A stretch of 58,397 nucleotides of DNA, filler included, from Sphacelaria rigidula (Eukaryota), in assembly GCA_964200075.2 (NCBI GenBank). It is 6 parts of 6 records of this genome, joined end to end, with 100 filler letters (N's around TTAATTAATTAA, not from the genome) between each part and the next. Parts side by side here need not be neighbours in the genome. Positions count along the whole stretch, not along the records: positions 9,751 to 19,400 come from CAXNAA020008034.1; positions 19,501 to 29,150 come from CAXNAA020008035.1; 4 more parts are not named here. One strand, given 5' to 3'. A program made the translations under genes and the position numbers. Below the pieces are notes generated by a model. That model ran no database searches, was not told the DNA's origin, and saw nothing but the letters and a program-made list of their open reading frames with translations. This document shows positions 13,401 to 24,978 of the stretch, piece by piece. Every line of letters begins with the position of its first letter. Within the stretch, counting starts at the first letter, position 1.

Positions 13401-16400
13401 GTCCACGACTTTGGCGAAAGCTCAGGGACGGATTCAGAAGAAGAACCCGCGCCACAGCGACAAGAATTCGTTCACTATGGATATGAGGGAAGTGCCCCAC
13501 GTGTCTGCGTGGGCGCACCCATACATTTTCGGCAGTCTCACCATCTACGAATTCGTGAGTGCATGCGTTGTTCGCAACAGCGACCGGTTTACATATTATG
13601 CAGATAATGCGAAACCTAAACAATATATTAGCAGCGACGTCAGTATATCCGACGCAGACATCGAATGGGTGCACTCCCAGTCAAACGAGGAACGAATGTG
13701 CTACAATAACGAAGACATATGACACTCGGTTTCTGAAACCGACCCGCGTGCATTATTCAAATCGTCAGAAATAAATATATTATGCATTATTCAAACTCCG
13801 ATAGTTATACGCTTACCGGCATGCCATTTGGGAATTCGTTCGTCCCTGTGTGTGATGCCAATAGTCAACTTGAGATGCATGACTTACTTCATCCACGGAG
13901 CAGTATACCGGCGGATTAACTGGGATGTAAAGGCTACCATCGACAACTCAGTCCCACCAGCCTCAGGAGCAAGAATAACATATAACTGGCAATCGCCCAT
14001 CCCCATAAACATTTCAGATATTCTCTCTGTTTTCAACTTGAGGTTCGTGCAGCCACTGTCTGATATATCCATACCTTGGACCAGATGACGGATACACCAC
14101 AAGGAGCCAAGGACACGACGAAAGCGGCGACCAGACGGAAGCTCGTCGTCATCTATGCCCTTCTGGGGATGCTGCACACGCAGCATCTTGCGGAAGGGTC
14201 CACGGATGTATGCGACGATTTTAGAGCCGTGGTAAATATCCTCAAGTGTGAGGATGATGCCCTGGAGTTCAACAAGCTGTGGGTGAGTGATCTACCCAAC
14301 CGCCAGGTATATGACGGTGGCCCACATTTCCTGACTGAGACGGAGAGGAAGTACGTCAAAGGCATAATATTCCCTGGCGGCATCAGCGACGCAGTGGCCA
14401 CGAAGGCGGATGCTGCTCCCACCACCGAACGAGCAGCCACCCAACCCGGTGAGATCTTACAACCCCTCGATAAAATATGTTTATTCCAGATGTGAACATG
14501 TGTTCGCGGGTGAGACGCGGGGCCGACGTTTCAGTAAGAAGCGCGACCGATCGTTTGCGTTCATAACTTACGTGGTGTACGGCGTGTTGCACTATATATG
14601 GTCACATAATGGTGATGAGCGTCATGGGCTACCATTCTCACTTCACGTCCGAATATCGGATGGGAGGTGGTCATCTATTCACTCGTTTTTCGATACGTTC
14701 GTCATTCCATCACTACTCGCAAAATTTTGTGCACCACGCACAATTGTAGACCGACAGTCGCTCTCTGAAACCGGGAGAGAGAATGCTCGATACCCATGGA
14801 TCTCATCAGCTGTTGGATACACGGGCATTGTTCATACACACAACGTGGAGTCGCAATATGTCCTCATCGGTTATACTCACTCATCGCGGTAGGCGAATCT
14901 TGCTACATGCCACAATATTTAACACACATAATAACTCCAACAATATACAAGGGCAACACACACTCCCTCATTCTCACTCTCTTCTCTATGCACAGACGCC
15001 AACATCGAGGCGTGCACCATTGAATTCAGGATCGATGACGACGAGTCTCCGCCGACAACGATGCCTGTACCTCTTCCTTTATGTAAGGCGCTCGAGAAGG
15101 TCATTGGCGGGTCCGATGGTAGAATTCACCTAAGAGAGTGAAGAAAAATAAGACCCACTGGTGAGTTATTCTAGCGACATCATTGGCCTAACGCTACCGC
15201 CCCCCTCTCTATCCTCGATTTGATAATTGGATAAGACCATATCAAACGCTGCTGTGTACTGCGACATGTGGGCGGGATAATGTTGATTTTCCGATGTGTT
15301 ACAGTGGAGACAATGAGGTGTTCGAGACGATGTTTGAATGCTGACGATACGGTGGTAACTATTGCAAGTGTGGCGCGGAATATGGTGCGGTATGCACAAC
15401 AAGTGTACATGACCACGACGCAGATGACCCAAACTCCTCGTCAGCTTGAAAATCACAGGACCACCCTCGACGGTGAATAATCACGGTGTCTTATCGCCGA
15501 CCTCATGTCAACTGCTATGCCGACAGGAACCCATCAAAATCGTACACGCTCGTGCAGCAGGAGAAGGGTTAGGGGAAGGCGCATCAAACTCCAATCCCCT
15601 CCCCCGGCGACGTAAACGAGCCTACGGAGTGTGATTATGGTGGTATGGAGGATGTTGGGAGCGGTATTGCCGTTGCCGATGGGATTATCGACGTGGATAC
15701 GACACCAAGTGGGGAGGGGGGACCACACCAGCGTTGGGGCTTCCGACAACAGCTTGCCGACGGGCAGACGTGCCGCCGACAAGAGACGTGGCGCAGGCAC
15801 ACGCACGCCTAACACTAAGCGGAAGAAGGAGGACAAACGCGGCGTGTCCCCATCCCCTAATTCAGACAAAACCTCGTCGGTGCCTCCTTCACAACCGTCG
15901 AACTCCGTCTCTTCATCGGATAATGGCGCTGTCGCTGTTCGTCGTACCGATAGTGGAGATGACGTCAACAGGCGCAACAATAACGGCGACGCGGCGTGCG
16001 GGGGAAGTCCGCGCAGAAGGGGAGAAAAATTTGATGTGGGTGACTCCTGCGACAAGGATGTCGTCGGAGACAGAGACTGTGAAGAGGATAGTTGTGATAG
16101 TGATCCGAACAATAAGGAGTCGATGGTCTCCACCAAGAAGCGACACAAGGAAGGTGGCGTCTATTCATCCGATGAAGATGACTCAAGCGGATCCGAATCA
16201 CCCTCCAACTCGGGAACCGACGACGCCGTCAGCGAACACCACAGGGATGAGAGGGCTGGCAGTCCTATGGCAGTAGGCGGTGGTGGCGCTTTGGTTGGTG
16301 CAAGTGCCGTTCACCCTCCTGATGGGTGACGATATATTACATCCACGCGTGCAGGAAATTAGAAAGTAACGGTCAAACTACATACATCTGACTGTACAAA

Positions 16401-17373
16401 CAGATATACAATAATAATGTGAAATAACGGTACTCGCCTCGCGATCAATTTAAACGAAGGTAACGGCCCCCGGTTTCTCAAACCGGGACGCCGCCATCTG
16501 TGTCGCCGGAGTATTTATTTCTCGCAATTCCTTAGTCTCTACGAAGCATTCGAGAATGCCACGTATCGCGAGGTGCGTAAACACGTCGGTGTTCTTTGCC
16601 CCCATCCCAACATTTGCATCGCAGTGTTACAGCAAAGCTGCGGCAGGATATCAACGAAACCCACGCTAAGATCTCAGCAGGATTGATCCCCAATAAGGAG
16701 GCGGACGTGTGGAACGCGGTGGTTACTGACCTGCAAGATGCAATGGAACGCGACGACTCCACAACAACCCAAGAACGTCCAGTTGCTCGGAACCTAGACG
16801 TCGGCGACCGCATCCGCAAAGAAGGATATGAGTTCTCTACGGCCTACGTATTCGCACCGTATTGGACAACGACCCCAAAAAAGGGCGCAAATAAACTGTC
16901 TCAATCAGAGTTTGATGACGAAGTGTCCAGGCGGTACATTTGTTTCGCCGGAGATGGACATGGACCCCTCCTCCAGGTGGTTATGGATAAAGAACGGGAG
17001 TTCCCTGAGTCTGGCGCGGATGCCGCGATGTGGCGTAAGACGAAAGAAGGCGTAGAGAAGAGACGTACCACCCGGGGAGGGAGTTCGGCGGGCCAATACT
17101 GAGTAGGAGTTGGTGTCGCAGACGTAGTTTGTAGGCCTATCCGGGATGTTTATAGGGGGGGGGGGGGTGAGCTTCATTACGCCCAAGCAACCGCTCGCCA
17201 TTTTACACCGCCTAACTCGCCGAGTGGATTTCCCTCCGTCGTATTGTGCTCGAAAACATGTTGACCCCGACGAAGAGAGCAATGGTGCTTCGTTTCCCCT
17301 ACGCGTCAAGAAGTTCTTGAAGTGCTTTATGGCAGGACGGAGACGGTGGCTGCCTCGGTTCTTCATGCCTTAG
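10454..17373 (+). pseudogene. Multi-exon gene of unknown family with premature stops (probable pseudogene or TE-borne gene)
   Basis: Predicted AG/GT exons: 10454-10515, 10883-11206, 11590-11726, 11903-12012, 12221-12585, 12886-13668, 14085-14448, 14996-15160, ~15305-16325, 16625-17102 (possible frameshifted tail to 17373). Junction phases for the first eight exons match (0,0,2,1,0,0,1), as does the last junction (2). In-frame stops at 10922, 11054, 11707 and 15139; several more stops and a probable frameshift lie in 15305-15720. Confidence 0.65.
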
Positions 17374-18499
17374 CCTGTAGGTCATGCATATTTTCTTCAT
17401 GTTTCCGGATATCTGTCAACGGGTAACAGGGATATGCCCATCGAGTCGCGTGAGTGGCGTGGGTATCGCTCTTATACCAGTGATGTTGTTCTCTCAGTGA
17501 AGCTCATCTATGCTAAGTCCACGTAATGCCCATATCATTTGGCCATGAATGGTTGCATTTGATCATGACGACTTCGGCGCTGCTCGCGTCAGCATCCGGT
17601 TCGTGGCGTGGTTTGTCGTCGACGCTTCATCTTTCTCATAGGCAGGCTGAGGTAGCCCCCCAAAAGAACCAGCCCGAACCTCCCACGAAGGAAGTGGCCG
17701 TACAGCGCCTGATATTTGGTTTCAGGGTGTATGAAGCGACTCGTTGGGACGACTACGGCGAAAGCCCCCTCCAATCCTTGATTTTCGAAGCTGCTCGTTG
17801 TGCCCGGCGTTTCTCGTATCGATTTACGTGTAGATTTGACGTCCCAAAACCAGCCATTTCTTGTGAAGGGGCTATCTCGGCATCAGGACTGTAACATGCT
17901 CCTTGCCGGATGACGGATGTTTCGTACCTAGCACAAAACCTTCCAAGTGTGAGGGATTGGAACGAGGCTGCGGTTCCAATATCGAGTTGTTCCTTTGCAG
18001 CAGTTTCGCCCACGTGAGAAGAGAGTGTACTAGCCCTAATTCAGTTATAACACCCAAAAGGGTCGGTTCGTCTTCGCGAAACCAGCTCGAGCGGTCTATA
18101 TTTTCACCCCCTCCGCACACCTTTGTGGCCGGTTTGTGGGGGGGCTTTCTCGGCAGGAGTCAATACCAAACCTTTCTGGGATCGGCAATACGCAGTCCTT
18201 GCAGAACGGAACAGAAATCGACAAGTTACCGTTCGTATTAGAAAACAATGCGCATGGAACGCTTTGCAGGTTGGAAAACACGGATTTTGGTGGAAAGAAA
18301 CTCTCCGGGCCCCCATTTGTGTTGTATCCGCCTGTAAAAAATATGTTCTCGTTCATTGATACCTGGCTGGAGGACAGGGAAGCCATCCTCCCTCAGGTTT
18401 TGAGAGTCGTTCGATTTGTGTGGATGCAGTTCATAAGAATCAAACTCTCTAGCTTTCACAGGTGTTGCGACTTCGATGCATGTTGTTACCGTAACCACC

Positions 18500-19330
18500 T
18501 CTAAGCAGACAGGAGTACGTGCTGTAGAGCAACGAAAGGTAGCTATGGTCCGGTTTGCCTGCCGTACTGCCGACAGCGTCGCGTGAAAGCCACAAGACCC
18601 TTGCTGTCGGCGGTTGATGGCATGGGTCTCGAATGCAATGACAGGCGGTTGATCGTAGAGCACTCTCGTCTCTCCTCCCAATTTGTAACAATCCATGACT
18701 TCCTGACATCGGAATAATTGTTAGTGATGGGAAGCTACTCGTACTGTTGTACCTTTTGTTGAGGTGTTTATGCGGCCAGCCTGTGGTGCAGATTGCGGCA
18801 TGGGCGGACTCCTATGCGCCACGCTAGCAACAGTTAGGTCACCACCATAGGTATCCCTTTTCACCTCACATATCCAGAAGGTCTCTGCAAGTGTTTGATC
18901 TCTCATACACCCCCCTCAACTGGCGTGTGGCACGCTCTTCTGCTCGGGCACCCGGTTAGGGGGAGGTCGGCTACAATCAACGATGAATAACATCCCCTGA
19001 GTTCAAATTGGATCTATCTGATATTGCCGCAGCACCGCCCTTGCTGACATGTGTGTGACAGAAACCAGTAGTAGCGGTGACGGGAACATTGCCCTATTTT
19101 TCAACGACAAGTTTTTCAACGCACAGACGCGCGTCCTGTCCAAAAGAAGAGCCAGAGAGAAATCGATCTTCGCGTTCGTGAGCTCGACAGGCAAGAAGAG
19201 ACGGAATCTCTCCGCACGTCGATGTTCTGGCACATGAAAAAATTGGCACATTCTGGTGTAAAGACATCGATGATGCCAGTTTCTCGAGCGATTGGTAATC
19301 GCCGAGCGAGGACACACAAAGAACACGGGC
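18500..19330 (-). pseudogene. Decayed reading frame, unknown product
   Basis: ORFs 19003..19326, 18721..18906 and 18238..18696 share one frame and are separated by only three TGA/TAA stops. The translation is protein-like (FHVPEHRRAERFRLFLPVELTNAKIDF...AETFWICEVKRDTYGG...VMDCYKLGGETRVLYDQPPVIAF). Confidence 0.35.
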
Positions 19331-19400
19331 GAGGAGCTTCCTCTCTGTCGTTGCTTCTCCCTCTGGTGATATCGCCATCGACACGCGTGTACACCGCATT

Positions 19401-19500
19401 NNNNNNNNNNNNNNNNNNNNNNNNNNNNNNNNNNNNNNNNNNNNTTAATTAATTAANNNNNNNNNNNNNNNNNNNNNNNNNNNNNNNNNNNNNNNNNNNN
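19401..19500. other. Artificial assembly linker
   Basis: N44-TTAATTAATTAA-N44. Confidence 0.98.
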
Positions 19501-20957
19501 GCCCTTGTCCCCTGGTCATCATCCAGGATCCACTATATACTCAACCGTGACGGCGTGATTTCGCCATAGCTACCAGTTACTTGCGCGCAACATATCGATG
19601 AAAAATCTGTGCAACTAGTGGAGCGCAGACAAGTGCAAGCTGTTTTTTGTTTTTCGTCCCCAGGGAACAGGAAGGAACCTTATATCATGCACTTCGCTAT
19701 TTCTAGTTTCGTGCAGCGCTTCGAGTCGCTCCACCCGTCAGACATGTCCACTCGAGGGCAGACATGTCTAGCGTATGTATGGATAGGCACCAAGGTGGGA
19801 GTGCCCCCCCACCCAGGTAGTGTCAGACTTGGGACGAAAAAACAAAAAAGACATCCCGCACCGACCAAACCTCCTACAATGTCCCCTGGCTCGACTCTGT
19901 ACACGAGTCACCCTACCCATCCGGGCGTCGGTCCTCAGACAAGTGCAATCTGGCCCGACCAAGAAAGCCATACCGTAGAACTTGAACCACCGACAAATTC
20001 CAATGCCTCACAAACTAAGCAGTATCGAAATACTTCTATTCGGAACTCACGTCCACGAATTGGGACTTGAACGATTGATACGCCATTTGCAGGGAGCTCG
20101 CCGACACATTTCCCATCACGCAAAGCGTTTTTCAAATAGGCCTTCCATATGGGGGACCCATTTGATCAGAATCTCCCCCAGTGACCAAATTTCTAGTTCG
20201 TGGGGGGCACTCTTGCTCAACACAGTCACTGATTTTTTTTCTTTCTACAAGATACGGTGCTTCACTTTTCATCCAGAATCGGGGGTAATACCTGTTTCAA
20301 TAGAACCCCAGAATACTGGGTAGCTTTGAGCACTCGATTTTTCGGGTGCCGAGAAATAATTTTCGGCAGGCGACACCCAAGATACCGTCGAAAAAACAGT
20401 ATTTTCGGAAGTCGATGCTGCGGTCGCGACTCTGTGCACATGGGTATTGTACTGCTGACTGTGTCCGACGTGGAAGTAGACTTGGGTCAAGTGTCACTTG
20501 CCCGGATAATAAAAAAATACTACGAAGAGCTCGGCGAAGCGGCAGTTGCTGGGCCGCCGAAATATTCACCTGCGGGCTTTGACGCACTTTCCTCTAACTT
20601 GAAATTGAGAGAAGAATATCATGGCGACCACCTCCGTGGCGTTCAGACTGCCATGAAGTTTTTCCGAAAGTTCTGCGACTGATTGATGTGGACGTTGCCC
20701 GTCATCAGGGAGCTTCGCAGGGGTCCTTGGCAGAACCCACAGTTCGCACCAGGCGAGGTTAAAGTCGAGCTGTCACACGAGTTGGAGCTGGCGCGTTGAG
20801 CCCACCACCATCAGATGTAAAACGGAGCCTAAACGGTGCTTATGAACTGTGTTGCTTCGAGCCTTCATCCATGAGCGGGCTTTTAACCGTTGCTACCTGC
20901 TCGCCGGTTAGACATCGTACCCTCTGCACATATCATTAGGTAACGACTGCTGAATAA

Positions 20958-21200
20958 TTGATTTGATTTGATTTGATTTGATTGATTGTCGCACTTCAAC
21001 TGATCCCCCAGGTAGTCATGATCCAGCCTTGGTCATATGATAGACATACCCAAGACAAAACAAAACTGAAAGAGTCGCTGAAGAAAAAAGAAGGAACAGA
21101 AAAAGTCGAACAGAACGACATAAATAGTGGACTACGACGTTGAAACATAAAATAATGATAAAAAGTCAAGAAAAAGCAATAAACGAAAAAAGATATGACC
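20958..21200 (-). mobile_element. Non-LTR retrotransposon-like 3' end with (AAATC)n tail
   Basis: The minus strand ends ...GTGCGACAATCAATCAAATCAAATCAAATC. It is homologous in inverted orientation to 24530-24705 (shared TGATTGTCGCACTT..ACTGA.CCCCCAGG, GGTCA.ATGAT.GAC, TCGCTGAA). Confidence 0.5.
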
Positions 21201-21691
21201 ACGCTGACAACCATCGTTTCAACTCACACGGCGATCTTAGCCTCCAGCGACACCGAACCTATCGCTCCGACAGCCACCTGTGGCATCATCCAACATATAC
21301 TTGAAGTTTCAGCACCCTCACAAGCGAGGTGCGCCTTTTCTCGACGCCAAACCTTGCAAAATACCGCGATCATTTTGTCCAGGAGGAGCATCACTGGGAA
21401 GAGTGGGCAGTAATTCGCTTGCACGCCGGGATGATGTGCGGAAACACCTTCTTGTCTCGATTTCGGGGTGAAAAAAGGAAGGTTTTTAGCCCCAAAATAG
21501 TGCCTTTTCACACGCCCTCTAGGGGAAAGCAAGACGGAAATACCCAGGAATAGTTTCAGCAAGGTCGGGAAGCATGAGGTCGTCCGTATAGAATTCATTT
21601 TCTGTCGTGAATTTTGTTCAGGAAAAGCACTGTCTCGAAGTTGAACCCCACCTATCTTAATGTTCAACCTCGATTCTCAGGATCATTCAAC

Positions 21692-22112
21692 AGCTGATCA
21701 TCGAAATTGAGGAAGGAGCTTTTCATCATTGAGAATGAGAACTCGGAGAATCAAGGCCTTCGTATCCACATCAAATCTTCGATATATGGTTCCATTCCTT
21801 GACCTACTGGTAGTCACTGACAACTACTACACGCCATACAAATGTTGATTTCGATAACCGAAATGTTCGAATCCTAGGTGAAAAGCGGCCCGATCGGATC
21901 ACTTCAATTCCCCAAAGTTGTTTCTTTACCTAGGATCTCAACATTTCGGTCATCGATATCAAAAATTGTATAGCGTGTAGTAGCTGTCGATAGCTATCAG
22001 TAGATGAAGGAGTAGAATCATATCTCGAAGATTTGGTGTGAATACGAAGATTTTATTTCTCCGGGTTCTCATCCTCAATTAAAAGCTCCATCCTCAATTT
22101 CAATGATCGGCT
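21692..22112. mobile_element. Foldback MITE with ~190-bp imperfect inverted arms
   Basis: The left arm (21692-~21885, AGCTGATCATCGAAATTGAGGAAGGAGCTTTT...CCTAGGTGAAA) matches the reverse complement of the right arm (~21925-22112, AGCCGATCATTGAAATTGAGGATGGAGCTTTT...CCTAGGTAAAG). The spacer is ~40 bp. Confidence 0.85.
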
Positions 22113-22138
22113 AATATCTCGCTTTATATATATATTGA

Positions 22139-22339
22139 AATGCGTGAGAGGAGCGCGTGCTTAGGGGTTCGCATCGGAATCCTCCACCCCCCTATGGTTA
22201 GGGTTAGTGTTAGGGTTGGGTTAGGGTCAGAGGTGTGGTCCCTGCAGGGACTGGCTCGATTGGTTTTGAAAACGTCGATCCTCGGGTGTTTCGAACTACG
22301 ATGCGATTGTCCCCTAAGCACGCGGTCCTCTCACGCATT
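22139..22339. mobile_element. MITE with ~29-bp TIRs and an internal telomere-like (TTAGGG) tract
   Basis: TIR AATGCGTGAGAGGA(G/C)CGCGTGCTTAGGGG at both ends with 1 mismatch. Internal GGTTAGGGTTAGTGTTAGGGTTGGGTTAGGG at ~22196-22226. Confidence 0.85.
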
Positions 22340-22764
22340 AGATATATGTTGCCCATCACAAACGCGTCGCTATGCAACAACGCTGCATAATTTCCTGCTG
22401 CCGTGTACGATGGATTCGGCCCGTGGAAACCACGGTGCTCTGCCATGCTGTATTGCTGATTATTTTCCGGCTTTTGTGGTACTACAATAGCGGAAGTGTC
22501 CGATAGTGTCCGATGCGTCACCCATGCCTTGCAAAGATTTTTTTTATGTTTCCCTCTGTATGTGGAAAATGATGAATAAAGTAGAGGAGGAGAAGAAACG
22601 AAATATAATCAATGAATGATGAAAAACAAAACTCACTTCGGTACGCCTTTTTGAAGTTGTAGCGTTTACCACGATATCCACCCATCACGGTAATGCGCAG
22701 CAAAGTTTGGAGGGTAACTGATCACCCCAGTCCTCATCAGTACAGAAACCAGCCCCCTTTCTTG

Positions 22765-23216
22765 GTAATGCACGGTACATTTTACACGGTAACTGCCCCC
22801 CCTGGTACGCGACTGATGCCGCGATAACCCCCCCCCAGAAAAATGTGGCTGCTTTGCGGAGGTAAAATCTATATGTGTTGTCCCCTCCATTCTGGGCGCC
22901 GGTCTACACCTTTCGGTATATGTGGGCGCACCAGCCGGGGTCACACAGGAGGAAGGTCAACACAAGAGTCTTTTTTTGTCTGTTTTGAGTACCCCACCTT
23001 CCTTCTGCGGTGCTTGCGTTTATTTTTTATCGCAAGAGGGAGATCAGCAGTCCCTTTCCCTCGTCGACCGTTAAGTCGAATTTTGTGTACCCACGACATG
23101 GTCACTCTCCACTGTTGGGCATGTGAGAAAAGTCCCACATCGTTCCAGGAATTGAACCCCCCTACTCAACCGTCAGAGGGTTTCGAGGTTACCAACTGAG
23201 CCACCGGGGCGACCGG
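22765..23216 (-). mobile_element. tRNA-derived SINE, family A, copy 1
   Basis: Minus-strand head CCGGTCGCCCCGGTGGCTCAGTTGGT (A box) ... GGTTCAATTCC (B box). The body is repeated immediately downstream. Confidence 0.8.
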
Positions 23217-23218
23217 TT

Positions 23219-23692
23219 GTAATGCACCGTACGTTTTACATGGTAACTGGCCACCCTGGTACGCGACTGATGCCGCGATAGCCTTCCCCCCCAAAACGTA
23301 GCTGACTTGAGGAGGTAAAAGCTACGATGTATTGCCGTGTTGTCGTCCCATCTATTCTGGGCGCCGGACTACACCTTTCGGTATATGTGGGCGCACCAGC
23401 CGGGGTCACACAGGATGAAGGTCAACACAGGAAGTTTCTCTTTTTTATTTGTTTTTAGTGCCCCACGTTCCTTCTGCGGTGCTTGCCTTTTACTTTTTAT
23501 CGCTAGAGTGGTTTAGTAGTCCCTTTCTCTCGTCGACCGTTACGTCGAATTTTGTGTACCCACGACATAGTCGCTCTCCACTGTTGTTGGGCATTGTGTG
23601 AGAAAAAATCCCAGATCGCTCCGATATTCGAAGCCACGACCCAACCGTCAGAAGGTTTCGAGGTTACTAACTGAGCCGCCGGGGGGACCGGC
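23219..23692 (-). mobile_element. tRNA-derived SINE, family A, copy 2 (tandem with copy 1)
   Basis: Head GCCGGTCCCCCCGGCGGCTCAGTTAGT ... GCTTCGAATATC. Collinear with copy 1, e.g. identical CTACACCTTTCGGTATATGTGGGCGCACCAGCCGGGGTCACACAGGA. Confidence 0.8.
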
Positions 23693-24529
23693 TCGCGTAC
23701 ATGTAATTCAAAATGGTAACAATCGAGCATAACGAGCAGCTGGGAACTCCCGAGCTTGGGCACCGATGTCGCCCCTATGAGGCGCTCTCTGCAGTCCAAA
23801 ACTAGCTATCATGTGCTTTATTGCTCCCGTTTTCTTGGTGACAGTTTCGGGACTGGTTTGGGGAGGAGATATCACGTCATCATCCATTCATTGGTACAGG
23901 AACCAGTCGCACCTTGGTAAGGCATGGTACTTTTGGGATGGTGGTGTACCACCCTGGTACTTGCTGGTACGGGAGCCAGTCACCACCATAATGACGGTGT
24001 TTTTGTTTTTTCGTGTACTTATTTCTTCAGCGCGTGGCGACCGACGGCCATCGCCTGTGCCTAGACATCCGAACGACACGAAATCGCACGTGGACCGAAG
24101 GCAGACCTGTTGTTTGCAAAACTCAAACAATAGATGGATGATGAATTGCAGACATAAGACTCTTGTCCGCCCGTCCCTATCGGCTGTTGATTGTGTCCTT
24201 GGTGATTCTGCGGCGCCCCCTGGTGTGTATCTGTATCTGATCTGCTGACCTAAATTCTCCGGGCTTCACCATTTCTGTAATGTTTTCTTCTGCTCTCCCT
24301 ATCCCCCATCTTCTCTGTGCGTGTGTGTTATTTTCTGCCGATGTATATGAGAGTAGTGTAGTGCCTCGCTGCATTGTATGTATCCACAGATGGGAGGACA
24401 AAATACCCGAACTAGTGAGAGGTCGTATAGTAGATGAGCCGCAATCTTTCCCAACCGCCTTTGTTGCCTAAGGTTGGGTGTGAGAGTGGTTCTTTGCAAG
24501 ACCTTTTCCACCGAAGCCATGTGGCAAAG

Positions 24530-24705
24530 GTCGGTCATTTCTTCTCTTTTCTTTTTCTCAGCCTACTCTCTTGATCTGCTCTGTCTTTTCTGTCTCTTCT
24601 TTGTTTTTCAGCGAGCGTTTCATTATTGATTTTATCCCGGTTACGTCCATCATGTGACCACGGGTGGATCCCTGGGGGGTCAGTGAAAGTGCGACAATCA
24701 TCACC
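24530..24705 (+). mobile_element. Second copy of the LINE-like 3' end
   Basis: Reverse-complement homolog of 20983-21200; ends GTGCGACAATCATC. Confidence 0.45.
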
Positions 24706-24790
24706 ATAGCCTACTGTACAGAGTAGGCAGACTGAAGAAAGCTACCGCACAACACGACTGCCAGTAGGTGTGGCTGCAGCAGCAGTGTAG

Positions 24791-24978
24791 TACGTGGGAG
24801 AACCGCATGCTCTTTGAATCGCATGGGAATTTGAACACCCCACGACCGACGTTTTTCAAGATCGCACTGGCCAACCCCTGCGGGGACCACGCCCCTGACC
24901 CTGACCCTAACCCTAACCCCGACCATAGGGGTGTTCAAACCCCGGTACGGTCCAAAATCCCCGCGGTCCTCCCACGTA
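24791..24978. mobile_element. MITE with telomere-like (CCCTAA) tract; same family as 22139-22339, opposite orientation
   Basis: TIR TACGTGGGAG(A/G)ACCGC. Internal CCCTGACCCTGACCCTAACCCTAACCCC. Shares CGACGTTTT, CCCTGC.GGGACCAC and ACCATAGGGG with the first copy. Confidence 0.8.

Noticed and set aside
20257..20800. Possible gene fragment (GQVSLARIIKKYYEELG...)
   Set aside because: Protein-like but short and interrupted, with no recognisable family or splice support.
22196..22226. True telomere or chromosome-fusion scar
   Set aside because: Short, degenerate and enclosed by MITE TIRs.
23140..23216. tRNA genes at A/B-box sites (also 39452, 49177, 49770, 56290)
   Set aside because: No convincing cloverleaf or acceptor stem, and each is fused to a dispersed repeat body; these are SINE heads.
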